Assembly (NCBI GenBank): GCA_041659005.1
Contig: JBAZZD010000002.1
Span: 25,817-89,816 of the forward strand
Direction of reading: 5' to 3'
Length of the DNA stretch: 64,000 nt
Origin: Minisyncoccota bacterium
GTDB taxonomy: Bacteria; Patescibacteriota; Minisyncoccia; UBA6257; GWB1-50-10
Part shown: positions 35,539 through 44,696 of the stretch, piece by piece
How positions within the stretch are numbered: position 1 is the stretch's first letter
Layout: every line of letters starts with the position of its first letter
Translations under genes and position numbers: made by a program
Notes under the pieces: generated by a model
Told to the model about the DNA's origin: nothing
Seen by the model: the letters and a program-made list of their open reading frames with translations, nothing else
Databases searched by the model: none

Positions 35539-36030
35539 ATGAATGTTGATAAACTCATTCAAGAAATTTCCGGACTTGTCGGAAAAGTTCTTGATGTTGA
35601 ACACATCAAGAAAGAAGGACGAACCGGAGTTTTTATTCACATTTCGGACAAGAACACAAAGGGTTTGATCGTTGCGCAAGCATTTGGGGTACTTACACCG
35701 GAAAAGTACAAAAAATATTCCCTTTTTGCAAATAAAAAGGCATATTGGTTGAATAACAATCCCAACGCACTTTCAACTGTTGAAAGCAATGGAGATGTCC
35801 CTGGTGGAGGTGTTTCGGGAGAAAACTATATTGTCACCGTTTCGGGACTTAACCCAAAAGACGATTCGGCGCTTGCCATCTTAATCCTCTCATTATTGGA
35901 AAAAGAAGAAAGATGCATCTTTCGAAGAATCCAATGTGTTGAAAAGGCGGGATGTAGAAACGAAATAAATGCTTTTATTTTTCATATAGTAAATAAAGCA
36001 TTTGCAGGATTAAAAGAACCGCGCACATAG
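35539..36030 (+). CDS. hypothetical protein, paralog 1 of a tandem pair
   Basis: Shares HIK..K.GVFI...DK.T..LI....FG.LT...WL..NP.A.S..ESNGDV.GG.SG...V.VSGL...D.SALA.L.L..LE...KA.C.NE with the next gene; RBS GGAGAAG present. Confidence 0.55.
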   Translation: MNVDKLIQEISGLVGKVLDVEHIKKEGRTGVFIHISDKNTKGLIVAQAFGVLTPEKYKKYSLFANKKAYWLNNNPNALSTVESNGDVPGGGVSGENYIVTVSGLNPKDDSALAILILSLLEKEERCIFRRIQCVEKAGCRNEINAFIFHIVNKAFAGLKEPRT

Positions 36031-36040
36031 CGCGGCTTTA
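36010..36040 (+). terminator. intrinsic terminator between the paralogs
   Basis: ccgcgc-acata-gcgcgg followed by ctttatatttt. Confidence 0.5.
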
Positions 36041-36134
36041 TATTTTAGGATTTTGGTAATAGTTCTTGTTCTTGACTATTGGGAGTTTTACTCATATTTT
36101 AGATATATCATTAACATTTATTTCGGAGAACGTG

Positions 36135-36647
36135 ATGGGACGGAAAAAGAAATTTAAGCAAATATCCGAAAGGATAAAAGATCTTATTACCTGCGTGCTG
36201 GAGATGGAACATATCAAAGACTTAAAGAAAGCAGGAGTGTTTATCCAAGTCTTTGATAAAAAAACTGGAAATCTTCTTATCGGGAAAACCTTTGGATTAT
36301 TGACTTCGGATATGTGTGACGAATATTCAGGTGTTTCACAAAAAAAAGCAGTTTGGTTATACCTAAATCCACGGGCAACCTCGTCTTTAGAAAGTAATGG
36401 AGATGTTTCCCCGGGAGCAATTTCAGGAAGACGGCACGTTGTTTCGGTTTCTGCAGGATTGGAGTCTGGAGATGAATCTGCGCTTGCGGTTCTCGTTCTT
36501 GCCGAACTTGAATGCCGGAGAAAAGATTTTTATCGCCGTAATATCTATATTGCGAAGGCGGAATGCAAGAATGAGTTGTTTGATATTCTTGATTTTCTCG
36601 AAACAGTGTTTGACTGGAATCTCTTTCCCAATTTTGATATTGATTAA
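36135..36647 (+). CDS. hypothetical protein, paralog 2 of the tandem pair
   Basis: Track ORF 36066..36647; in-frame ATG at 36135 preceded by GGAGAA; conserved ESNGDV core. Confidence 0.55.
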   Translation: MGRKKKFKQISERIKDLITCVLEMEHIKDLKKAGVFIQVFDKKTGNLLIGKTFGLLTSDMCDEYSGVSQKKAVWLYLNPRATSSLESNGDVSPGAISGRRHVVSVSAGLESGDESALAVLVLAELECRRKDFYRRNIYIAKAECKNELFDILDFLETVFDWNLFPNFDID

Positions 36648-36675
36648 GACCGTGCAATGCACGGTTTTTATTTGA
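36648..36675 (+). terminator. intrinsic terminator
   Basis: accgtgca-atg-cacggt followed by ttttatttg. Confidence 0.6.
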
Positions 36676-36737
36676 CAATAATTGTGTAATAATGCATAAT
36701 CATCGTAGAATTATTTAACATAACGATAGGAGAAAAA

Positions 36738-37403
36738 ATGAAAACGGTACAAGGAAGTTTGCCCGCAATTATTCGTAATGATAGTAATCTTTACGAGGGC
36801 AATCTCGCTAAATATTTTAGGGCGATCTTTTTAAATGCCCAAAATTTGAAATATCCTTATCACAACTTTCGTCACATGTTCCACGTGCTGTGGTTGTGTT
36901 ATCAGGCATGTGTTTTTTATCGTGGAGTATTACCTTCGCGAAAGATGCGCAATTTACTTATTGCAGCATTATTCCACGATTTCGATCATTCCGGCCTTAT
37001 GGGGAATGATGATTTGAACATTGAGAGGGCCATACGGGGACTTAAGAAATTTATCCTCGAAGAGGATAAGAAATATATTGAGGAGATTATCATATTAGTT
37101 CGATCCACCGAATTTCCTTATAAAGTTCCATCTGGAACTCTTTCGTTAGCTGAACGAATCATTCGGGATGCCGACATGAGTCAGGCACTCTGCGAAGCAT
37201 GGATTCAACAAATTGTGTTCGGCCTTTCGGCCGAGTGGAACAAAAAACCGATTGAGATTCTTGAAGCGCAAGGCGCGTTTCATAAAAATCTTGAGTTCCA
37301 CACAGAGTGGGCGCAACAAATGTTTCCGCAGAAAGCAATTGATGACAAAATTGCAGAAGCTCATGATCTTTTGGAGCTTCTCAAAGACGAAGAGCCCGCT
37401 TAA
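36738..37403 (+). CDS. HD-domain metal-dependent phosphohydrolase
   Basis: HNFRHMFHV and ALFHDFDH (H...HD...D). Confidence 0.75.
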   Translation: MKTVQGSLPAIIRNDSNLYEGNLAKYFRAIFLNAQNLKYPYHNFRHMFHVLWLCYQACVFYRGVLPSRKMRNLLIAALFHDFDHSGLMGNDDLNIERAIRGLKKFILEEDKKYIEEIIILVRSTEFPYKVPSGTLSLAERIIRDADMSQALCEAWIQQIVFGLSAEWNKKPIEILEAQGAFHKNLEFHTEWAQQMFPQKAIDDKIAEAHDLLELLKDEEPA

Positions 37404-37436
37404 ATTTATTCCGCCGATTAACCGGCGGATTTTTTT
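37404..37436. terminator. bidirectional intrinsic terminator
   Basis: tccgccg-attaa-ccggcgga flanked by A/T runs. Confidence 0.6.
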
Positions 37437-37942
37437 AGAATGGTGTTTATATATTCTGTTTTTTTACTATAATACTCGCGTGTGGAGAGTCCGCTCCCCT
37501 GTTCTTTTAATTGTTCGTATCGAGTAAGTTCTTTTGGGTGAGTTTTTAAATAGGTCTCAAACAAAATATGATTTTTCCAATTTGCTTTGCGTTTATTAAT
37601 TAAAAATACATCAATTCGCTTATTTTGTTTTTTAAAAGTAAATCGCACCCTTTCTTCTTTGTAGATACTTTTTGGATTTCCGAATAGTTTTGAAAGTTCT
37701 TTTGTGTATTGCTTGAATTGATTATTTAAAATCGGAACAAAAATATCAATTTCGTCTTGTCCTGAAATTTTGAGTGCTGTTGCTCCCCCATGCACTACTT
37801 CTTGAATATCAGTATTTATCTCAATTATTTTCTTAACGCTTTGAAATATCTTTTCTGCATTAGTATCAAACGGAACGATAGTTATTTTATTTTCGTTTGA
37901 GAGATGCCCAATCCATTGTTTCTGCTTTACGGTGAGTGACAT
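37418..37942 (-). CDS. GrpB/UPF0157 family protein (nucleotidyltransferase-like)
   Basis: VHGGATALKISGQDEIDIFV matches the GrpB HIGSTAVPG...IDI motif. Confidence 0.65.
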   Translation of the reverse strand: MSLTVKQKQWIGHLSNENKITIVPFDTNAEKIFQSVKKIIEINTDIQEVVHGGATALKISGQDEIDIFVPILNNQFKQYTKELSKLFGNPKSIYKEERVRFTFKKQNKRIDVFLINKRKANWKNHILFETYLKTHPKELTRYEQLKEQGSGLSTREYYSKKTEYINTILKKSAG

Positions 37943-37981
37943 TACGCCTATTATAGTTGAAAAAACGCATAAAAACGTGTT

Positions 37982-38746
37982 TTATTTCCTTGCCATCCAA
38001 TGCAATCTATGACTGCTTAATTTTATACTCTTCGTATTAAATCTTTTACTTATATTTTCTAGGTATATCTTATCTTTAATTTTATTGAAATGAGGAATTA
38101 TCGGAGCTCTCTCGAGAATTTCTATAACCTCATTTATCGAAGGATAAATTTGATAATACAAAAAATATTTTGATTCAATCAACTTCATTCCGGATTGTTT
38201 CAATAACTTCTTTACTGATTTGAGTTTCGTTTCTTGTATTGGATAATTTTGTCCTCTTCCAAAAATTTTCTTTAATTCACTTTTATCTTTTTCACCAATC
38301 GTTTCTTCAAACATAATTCCTTCTTTTTTAAGAACACGTGATCCTTCATTCATAAAATTGATATCTGCAGAAAGTGGACCCCTTGAACTAAAAATAATAT
38401 CAAAATATTCATTTTTGAAGGGTAATTTTCTTCCGTCCTCAATTCGGAAAGTAACATTTTTGATGCCATCATTCTTTTTTTGTTGCTTTGCAGTTTTTAT
38501 ATATTCTTTAAATGGATCAATACCAATAATTTTCTTGAAGTATGGAGAAAGTTTTAGAGTTAATTCTCCAGACCCGCATCCCACATCCAATACGTTAAAA
38601 TTTCTATTTGCATGTTTTTTAAGATATTCAAAAAAATTTGGCTGTTCGCCTTGAGTCAATCTTCCCTGTCCATGGAATTCATATTTTCGATATGTCCTTG
38701 AACTTTTCTTATAAAAATTATTATCATCCTTATCCATAAGCTTCAT
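37982..38746 (-). CDS. class I SAM-dependent methyltransferase
   Basis: VLDVGCGSGELTLKL motif I. Confidence 0.8.
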   Translation of the reverse strand: MKLMDKDDNNFYKKSSRTYRKYEFHGQGRLTQGEQPNFFEYLKKHANRNFNVLDVGCGSGELTLKLSPYFKKIIGIDPFKEYIKTAKQQKKNDGIKNVTFRIEDGRKLPFKNEYFDIIFSSRGPLSADINFMNEGSRVLKKEGIMFEETIGEKDKSELKKIFGRGQNYPIQETKLKSVKKLLKQSGMKLIESKYFLYYQIYPSINEVIEILERAPIIPHFNKIKDKIYLENISKRFNTKSIKLSSHRLHWMARK

Positions 38747-38868
38747 TCTATCAAAAAAACTTCCTCTTCTGCGACGCTCCGCATTTTGGCGAAAACACCG
38801 ATTCTATTTTTTGGCTGCGGGTGTTGGACGATTTTCGAACCAATCTCAAGAGCTTATAATTCTTCTTT

Positions 38869-39396
38869 TTAATATATTTTGAATTCTGATATGTTCAGTA
38901 ATTTTCTAATCTCTGTTGCTTGTTCTGCATTTTTTGTATTTTGTGTCGAAGTTTCAGAATCAAAAAAGGAATTTGATAGAGCCATAAGAATTGTTCCTGC
39001 TTTTAATGCATCTTCTTTTTCCATTTTTATGAGTTTAATAATATAAAAAAATGAATAAAAATTAATGTTGCTTGTTTTTACTTGTAAGAGTGCTGAAAGT
39101 TCCCGTATTCTACTTGAAGCAATTTTGTATTCTTCTTTCATGATGTCGCAAAAAATAGTATTTCCGTAAAAATTTGCATATTTGATTAAATCGACAGCAA
39201 TTTCTTCAACTATCTTTTTTTGGTTATTAATTGGTTTTAAATATTGATTTTCAATTATTCTCTGAAGTGAAAAAATAATTATTGCAATAATTATTGCGCC
39301 GAGAATATTACCGTTTTGCGTAATATATCGAAAACTCAAACCAGAAACAACGCCAGTAATAAAGATTAGAACAAGTAGATATAGATATTTCCTCAT
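38869..39396 (-). CDS. hypothetical membrane protein
   Basis: Two N-terminal TM helices. Confidence 0.45.
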   Translation of the reverse strand: MRKYLYLLVLIFITGVVSGLSFRYITQNGNILGAIIIAIIIFSLQRIIENQYLKPINNQKKIVEEIAVDLIKYANFYGNTIFCDIMKEEYKIASSRIRELSALLQVKTSNINFYSFFYIIKLIKMEKEDALKAGTILMALSNSFFDSETSTQNTKNAEQATEIRKLLNISEFKIY

Positions 39397-39398
39397 TG

Positions 39399-39698
39399 TT
39401 AATTAATTTGTTTATTTTTGTATCGTTTTGCGATGAATCTCGCAAACAATCTCTTGTGAAAAGATGACATTTGTTTTACTGTTTTTTCTGCCTTGCGTGG
39501 GTTACTACTTTGAAAGGCTGCTAATGGTTTAAACCAAGTGCCACGACTTGTATATTTTCCACCCCAACCCCTCATATGCTCGTGCCATCGACGCCAAACG
39601 GGTCTTCGCGTCATTCCAGCATAAATTTGTTTAGATCCATCTGGTCTTGTGCTTTCTCCAAGATATACAGTTCCAGGTTTTGTTTTTTTAAAAAACAT
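39399..39698 (-). CDS. GIY-YIG nuclease superfamily small protein
   Basis: GTVYLGES...KQIYAGMTRRPVWRRWHEH gives the GIY...YIG...R..EH motif. Confidence 0.55.
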   Translation of the reverse strand: MFFKKTKPGTVYLGESTRPDGSKQIYAGMTRRPVWRRWHEHMRGWGGKYTSRGTWFKPLAAFQSSNPRKAEKTVKQMSSFHKRLFARFIAKRYKNKQIN

Positions 39699-39702
39699 TT
39701 GA

Positions 39703-40095
39703 TTATTTCTTATAAATTTCTAATTCAATTTTTTTATCTATATCTAATAATGCCTGCTTCATCTCACTAATGACGTTGTGGTAAAAATCCCTCCTTTTTT
39801 TTGGATCTTTCTCATTTATTAAAAGATCAAAAGCGGAACAGACGTTTTGAGGAAATAGATATAAAAAATCAAAACACATTTCAGCTTCATAGGTTCCATT
39901 TTCCATACCATCTATAAGCTTCTCTTTGTATTCCTTAGTTTTTCTATCTAAGCTCTCCCTTTTATTTCGTAATGATTCAATTATTCTTTCTTTTTGCCAC
40001 TTTTTTAGATCAGAGCGTGAAGATATAATTTGAACTATTATTCCGATTAAACCTCCAATAATAACCCCAGTAAGGCCTATGATTGTTTCCGTCAT
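39703..40095 (-). CDS. hypothetical protein with N-terminal TM
   Basis: TM then charged coiled region. Confidence 0.45.
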   Translation of the reverse strand: MTETIIGLTGVIIGGLIGIIVQIISSRSDLKKWQKERIIESLRNKRESLDRKTKEYKEKLIDGMENGTYEAEMCFDFLYLFPQNVCSAFDLLINEKDPKKRRDFYHNVISEMKQALLDIDKKIELEIYKK

Positions 40096-40426
40096 AACAT
40101 ATATGATAATCTAAAGAAATCAGACTGCAATAAGAGGGGGGCTTTTATGTTATTGTTGACACCAAATGGAGAAGAAATAATAATGTAAGAAGATAGTCTG
40201 ATCTTTGACGTGACAGCACGGGATATAGTTATGCTGAGCTCATATAGAGCTTGGCCAAACTCCAAATAAAAAGGTACAGTGCTAAAAGAAAGAAACCGAA
40301 AAAAGTATGCGGTTTTTTTGTTTTATACTGTGTTGGTTTACGTCGAAAATAGTGCTCATTTTCGACGCGATTCATACTCCTATTTATATTTGCACCTTAC
40401 GGTGCATTCTCCTTCGTTAAATCGGC

Positions 40427-40563
40427 TGCGGGACCGGAGTCGAACGTCGCTCGTAATTCACTCGCTCCCTAAAACCCCTCGGTTTTAGTATTTCCGCCAA
40501 GGAAGACTAAGTGTTCTTCCTTCGCCATCTCCTATTCGAATCCAGTATCCCACAAACGCAAGG
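40427..40563 (-). other. tRNA-like element downstream of tRNA-Gln with tmRNA-like 5' motif
   Basis: Minus-strand 5' end GUGGGAUACUGGAUUCGAAUAGG (CUGGAUUCGA matches the tmRNA D-analog); 3' end UUCGACUCCGGUCCCGCAGCC copies the tRNA-Gln 3' end; 5' and 3' ends are mutually complementary; too short for a canonical tmRNA. Confidence 0.35.
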
Positions 40564-40569
40564 CACAAA

Positions 40570-40600
40570 AATATCCGTTATTAATAACGGATATTTTTAT
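40570..40600. terminator. bidirectional AT-rich terminator hairpin after tRNA-Gln
   Basis: aaaaatatccgttattaataacggatattttt is a perfect palindrome. Confidence 0.5.
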
Positions 40601-40620
40601 TGTGTGCATTGCTGCGGGAC

Positions 40621-40689
40621 CTGGATTCGAACCAAGATTGACGGATTCAGAGTCCGCTGTCCTACCATTAGACGATCCCGCAATTATAT
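40621..40689 (-). tRNA. tRNA-Gln (anticodon CTG), CCA not encoded
   Basis: Minus strand reads gcgggat...gcgga-ctCTGaa-tccgt...cttgg-ttcgaat-ccagg-tcccgc-a; acceptor, anticodon and T stems all pair. Confidence 0.8.
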
Positions 40690-40789
40690 TTGTCCTACCA
40701 TTTTAGTTTATCCGCCGTAGGCGGAATCCCGCAATAACAGGTGAATATTACCAAAAAACCTATATAAACTCAAACCTAACAAACGAGTT

Positions 40790-41941
40790 TCATTTTTTAT
40801 GTGTAATCCCCTCTATACCCCCAAAAAAGAAAAATCTTTTTATATCATAGTCCCTTTTAATTTTCTTTAAATGAAGCGCTACTGCTTTGTCGTATGTAAA
40901 GTTTTTATCTAACAAAAGCTTAGATCCCTTAACTATCTCTGAGATTTTCTTTTTTAATAATTCATCAGAGACACAAATTGCTTTTTTGCCTTTATCTAAT
41001 AACTTATTACATTTCTTGTCCTTATCCATCATTGAAGGGTAAGAACCACATTTTGGAAGTACCGAATAAAATGGTAAATCATTAAAAAAGTATGCGGGCC
41101 AACGACACGTAGCAATTTCAAGCCAAGGAGTTCCCACAAGTGGAGGAATAAATGCAAAACCTGTGTGAGGTGAGATAAAAACGTCACATGTTGCAATAAA
41201 TGCTATTTGGTTCCATATGCCAACATCATAAACAATTTCAGCATTTGGTAATTGGTTTATTAGAAGATTTATTCTTACTAAAGAAAAATCACTTGTATCT
41301 GTTCTCCTATTATTACTTTTGCTTACGCCAGTAAAGTAAATTTTTAGATTTGGAATTGATTTGAAGAGTGCAAGACAAATTTTTAACCACATATCAATGC
41401 TCGGACTCTGTTTGGCGCCCGCAGAACCGCCAAGCATAATACAAATTTTCGGACCCCTATGTTTAAATTGTTTAGCAAATTTCTTTGCTTCTTTTGGAAT
41501 TGGAAGTGTAACTTTTGGATTAGGAACTATAGGCAAAATACTACTTTTGTGATATCCACTTTGTTCAACATATCCCTTATCAATTTTTGCGATTAGATGT
41601 TTATCAAGTATTTTATGTGCATTAATAAGATCTACGTCGTCATAGTCGAGGTTAAAATGACGAGCTCGATTATCAATACTGATATAATCCCATTTTTTTG
41701 GAATTTGTTGTATTGATTTTGCTTGTTTTCCAGATTCTTTAATTTCTTTTAACGATACGGAATATACCCTTTTTATCCACGGACAAGCTCTTGCTAATTC
41801 AACGGGAGAATCTGCATTGAGAATTAAATATATTTCTAAGTTTTTATTTGCTAGAAAATATGCCTTCGTAATTTTCAGAGGTTCAATAGCATGTCCTACT
41901 GGACGGTAGTATAGCCAGTTTACGAGAAGTTTTTTCTTCAT
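40790..41941 (-). CDS. glycosyltransferase family 9-like protein (heptosyltransferase fold)
   Basis: CIMLGGSAGAKQSPS...DVFISPHTGFAFIPPLVGTP resembles GT9 C-terminal motifs. Confidence 0.55.
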   Translation of the reverse strand: MKKKLLVNWLYYRPVGHAIEPLKITKAYFLANKNLEIYLILNADSPVELARACPWIKRVYSVSLKEIKESGKQAKSIQQIPKKWDYISIDNRARHFNLDYDDVDLINAHKILDKHLIAKIDKGYVEQSGYHKSSILPIVPNPKVTLPIPKEAKKFAKQFKHRGPKICIMLGGSAGAKQSPSIDMWLKICLALFKSIPNLKIYFTGVSKSNNRRTDTSDFSLVRINLLINQLPNAEIVYDVGIWNQIAFIATCDVFISPHTGFAFIPPLVGTPWLEIATCRWPAYFFNDLPFYSVLPKCGSYPSMMDKDKKCNKLLDKGKKAICVSDELLKKKISEIVKGSKLLLDKNFTYDKAVALHLKKIKRDYDIKRFFFFGGIEGITHKK

Positions 41942-41962
41942 TGATAAATTATAACAGGATTT

Positions 41963-42553
41963 TTGCTTATTTCCCCATTTGATATTGATAAAGTGTTTTA
42001 TTTATTGGATAATTTTAACGACCCAATGAATGATAATAATATATATTTTATATCGGGAAGTTGTGGTGTGGGGAAAACTTCAGTATTGAAAGAATTAAAA
42101 AATAATTTATCCAAAGAGTTATACGACTTTCATGATCTTGATGAACGTGGATATAAATCAATTGAAGGATGGAGACAAAGTGAACTTAAGTTTTTCAAAG
42201 AGCAAGCAGAGAAAAATTTGGAAAAAGGTATTTCCACTTTTATTTCAGGGTTTTCTAGGCCCACCGAAGTTTTTGATTCTTTAAAAGAAAATAAATACAT
42301 TACATTTATTCTTCTTCACGCAGAACCAGAAACAATCAGAGAAAGGATCATTAATCGTTATCCCACAGAGGAAGGCAAAAAAGCATTTTTTCAAAAACAC
42401 AATAAGACCGTTGAACAGTTTTCTGACGATAATGCGAACTATGTCGCCACTCTTAAAAAGGATTTTGAATTATTCCCAATTCATGTTATTAACACCGACA
42501 ATTTTTCCCCAAAAGATGTTGCAGAGAAAATTATTGATTTTATAAAAAAATAA
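41963..42553 (+). CDS. P-loop NTPase / nucleoside kinase-like hypothetical protein
   Basis: Walker A GSCGVGKTS. Track start is TTG at 41963; an in-frame ATG at 42026 (MNDNNIYFISG) is an alternative start. Confidence 0.55.
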   Translation: MLISPFDIDKVFYLLDNFNDPMNDNNIYFISGSCGVGKTSVLKELKNNLSKELYDFHDLDERGYKSIEGWRQSELKFFKEQAEKNLEKGISTFISGFSRPTEVFDSLKENKYITFILLHAEPETIRERIINRYPTEEGKKAFFQKHNKTVEQFSDDNANYVATLKKDFELFPIHVINTDNFSPKDVAEKIIDFIKK

Positions 42554-42554
42554 A

Positions 42555-43790
42555 ATGAAAAAGACGATTCGACTTTGGTATTTATACGACTTTGCAAACT
42601 CTTTTGCTTCTATTGTTTTAATCTTTTACTATCCGCTCATGCTTACCGAAAGAGGTGCAAGTGACGCATGGATTGGTGTCTCCGCATCTATTGCTACTGG
42701 GTTGCTCATGTTGTTTCTCCCCTATTTTGGTAGTTGGTCTGATAGAACGGGACAACGAATATGTTTTATTAAAATCGCATCAATGGTAATGGTGGCATCA
42801 CTTTTTGTAATGGCTTTTATGATGCAAGGAATTAATTCGTTTAGTGTGCTTGCATTATGTGTTCTTTCATTCTTTTATATACTGTTTCAGGTTTGTTTTC
42901 AGGGATCATATGTTTTCTATTCAGCAATGTTGCGACAGATAACTACCACCGATAACAATGCAAAGGTGTCTGGAATTGGATTGGGGTTGGGACAACTTGG
43001 AAACGCTGTTGCGCTTGCAGTAATAGGACCAATTATTGGGACACCATTAATAATCGCTGGATTGAACGGAAAACCGCTGTCTCTTCTCCTTGGGGGTGTT
43101 TTGTTCGCATTTATTTCGATTCCCTTTTTTCTTCAGAAAGACACAAAGAGCACCCCAAACGAGACGCATTTTTTATATAAGAAGTTCTTTCGAAAGATCT
43201 ATAACGAAAAACGAATATTTTACTTTATTCTTGGGTATGCACTTTTGTCAGATGCCATACTCACTTTTCAACTTTATGTTGCTATTTATGTTAAACGAAT
43301 ATTTTTCTTTTCGGACCAACTTGTTACATACGCGGGTATTACTGGATTAGCATTTGGATTGGTTGGCGGATTTATGGCGAATAAATTAGCAATAAAACTA
43401 AAAGACAAGGAAAAGGCACTGTGGGTTTCTGCAATCTTATATGCATTTTGTTTTTGTCTGTGCGCTTTTATTCCACGAATTTCGTCGCTTGTCTTTATTT
43501 CCCTTGCTATTTGTGGGCTTGCGTATGGATTGCTATTTTCGTTGGCACGAACTGTTTACTCAGAAATTTCTCCCCATAATGAGCAGGCGGAGTTTTTTAG
43601 TATTTTTACTGTATTTGAGCGAGCCGCCTCAATTGTTGGACCACTCTTATGGCTTCTGATTTTTTTCTCACTTAGGGAATTTGGTGAAAATATTCAATAT
43701 CGAGGGTCGGTGCTCTTCTTGATTATTATTTGTTTGGTGGGGCTCTATTTTTTGAAAAAAAGTAGAAAATATTTAATTATTGCTAAATAA
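42555..43790 (+). CDS. MFS transporter
   Basis: About 12 TM helices; GSWSDRTGQR MFS motif A. Confidence 0.8.
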   Translation: MKKTIRLWYLYDFANSFASIVLIFYYPLMLTERGASDAWIGVSASIATGLLMLFLPYFGSWSDRTGQRICFIKIASMVMVASLFVMAFMMQGINSFSVLALCVLSFFYILFQVCFQGSYVFYSAMLRQITTTDNNAKVSGIGLGLGQLGNAVALAVIGPIIGTPLIIAGLNGKPLSLLLGGVLFAFISIPFFLQKDTKSTPNETHFLYKKFFRKIYNEKRIFYFILGYALLSDAILTFQLYVAIYVKRIFFFSDQLVTYAGITGLAFGLVGGFMANKLAIKLKDKEKALWVSAILYAFCFCLCAFIPRISSLVFISLAICGLAYGLLFSLARTVYSEISPHNEQAEFFSIFTVFERAASIVGPLLWLLIFFSLREFGENIQYRGSVLFLIIICLVGLYFLKKSRKYLIIAK

Positions 43791-43934
43791 TATGAAAAAA
43801 ACATTACTTCTTCCTGTATTGTTGTTTTCGTGCTGATTACCACATTCCGCGCATGTCTTGCATGGTATCAAACGTCCTTGCATATTACCACATATAATTG
43901 ATTTTTCTTCTTAGTCAAGGTATAATGTTTAGGT

Positions 43935-44315
43935 ATGGAAAGGCAAAGGCATTCGCTCGAAAAAAATCACAAAAATAAGTCAGAAGACAGAGAGGCTAAC
44001 TTATCTCCAGAAGCATGTGTCAATTTGTCGGATGATATTTTGCGTGGAGAGGAGAAAAAACTAGAAACGAAGTTACGGATAATCAAGGGTTTACAGAAAA
44101 TGAATCTAACAGTAATGACTTGTATTGGTCTTGTTATTTTAGGTAAAGTTTTCGGAGGAGAAAATGAAGCTCGTCAACTATTACCTTTTATCGGTAGTAC
44201 TGTTGCTCTGGGAACATTTAATAATGTATTCCAGCACCTTGGTCCGAAGATCACCGAAAAACTAAATCGAGTACATGAGAAGATGAAGGGGTCGAAGATT
44301 GAACCGAAAAAATAA
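43935..44315 (+). CDS. hypothetical protein
   Basis: ORF with charged N-terminus and one TM helix. Confidence 0.4.
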   Translation: MERQRHSLEKNHKNKSEDREANLSPEACVNLSDDILRGEEKKLETKLRIIKGLQKMNLTVMTCIGLVILGKVFGGENEARQLLPFIGSTVALGTFNNVFQHLGPKITEKLNRVHEKMKGSKIEPKK

Positions 44316-44332
44316 AAAATATATTTAATATT

Positions 44333-44647
44333 ATGGAACCAATTTCCAAATCAAATTCGCAGAATAAAATAAATGTTTTATCTAGCATTTTAGATTCGAT
44401 CGGCCTAACTTCCGATCAAAAAGTAAAAACACTGGATAACCTTTCGCGGGCAATATACTTAAACGTGCTTTATCAGCTAAGCGACAGACTTTCCGATAGT
44501 CAGAAAGATGAATTGGAGAAGAAACAGCCACAGGGACAGAAAGAGATTGCAGAATCCCTTTCAAGCTTTTTTGCACCGGATGAAATAAGCAGATCATTTG
44601 AATTCGCCTGTAATGATGTGTTGGGTAGATTTCTGGACAAGATATGA
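44333..44647 (+). CDS. hypothetical protein
   Basis: ORF only. Confidence 0.4.
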   Translation: MEPISKSNSQNKINVLSSILDSIGLTSDQKVKTLDNLSRAIYLNVLYQLSDRLSDSQKDELEKKQPQGQKEIAESLSSFFAPDEISRSFEFACNDVLGRFLDKI

Positions 44648-44696
44648 GATTGGCATCTTCGTTTTCTGGTATTGAAGAAAGACAAAAGTAATATCT

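Noticed and set aside
36277-36678. 133-aa ORF antisense to tandem paralog 2
   Set aside because: Fully embedded antisense to a gene that has an RBS and a conserved paralog; no independent support.
40427-40563. Canonical tmRNA (ssrA)
   Set aside because: Although CUGGAUUCGA matches the tmRNA 5' region, the element is only about 137 nt, lacks pseudoknot space and a G3:U70 acceptor pair, and has no plausible tag ORF ending in hydrophobic residues (candidates end ...TEGF* or ...RKY*). Kept as an unusual tRNA-like element instead.
43792-43836. 14-codon ORF MKKTLLLPVLLFSC immediately after the MFS gene
   Set aside because: Signal-peptide-like but too short to support without comparative or expression data.
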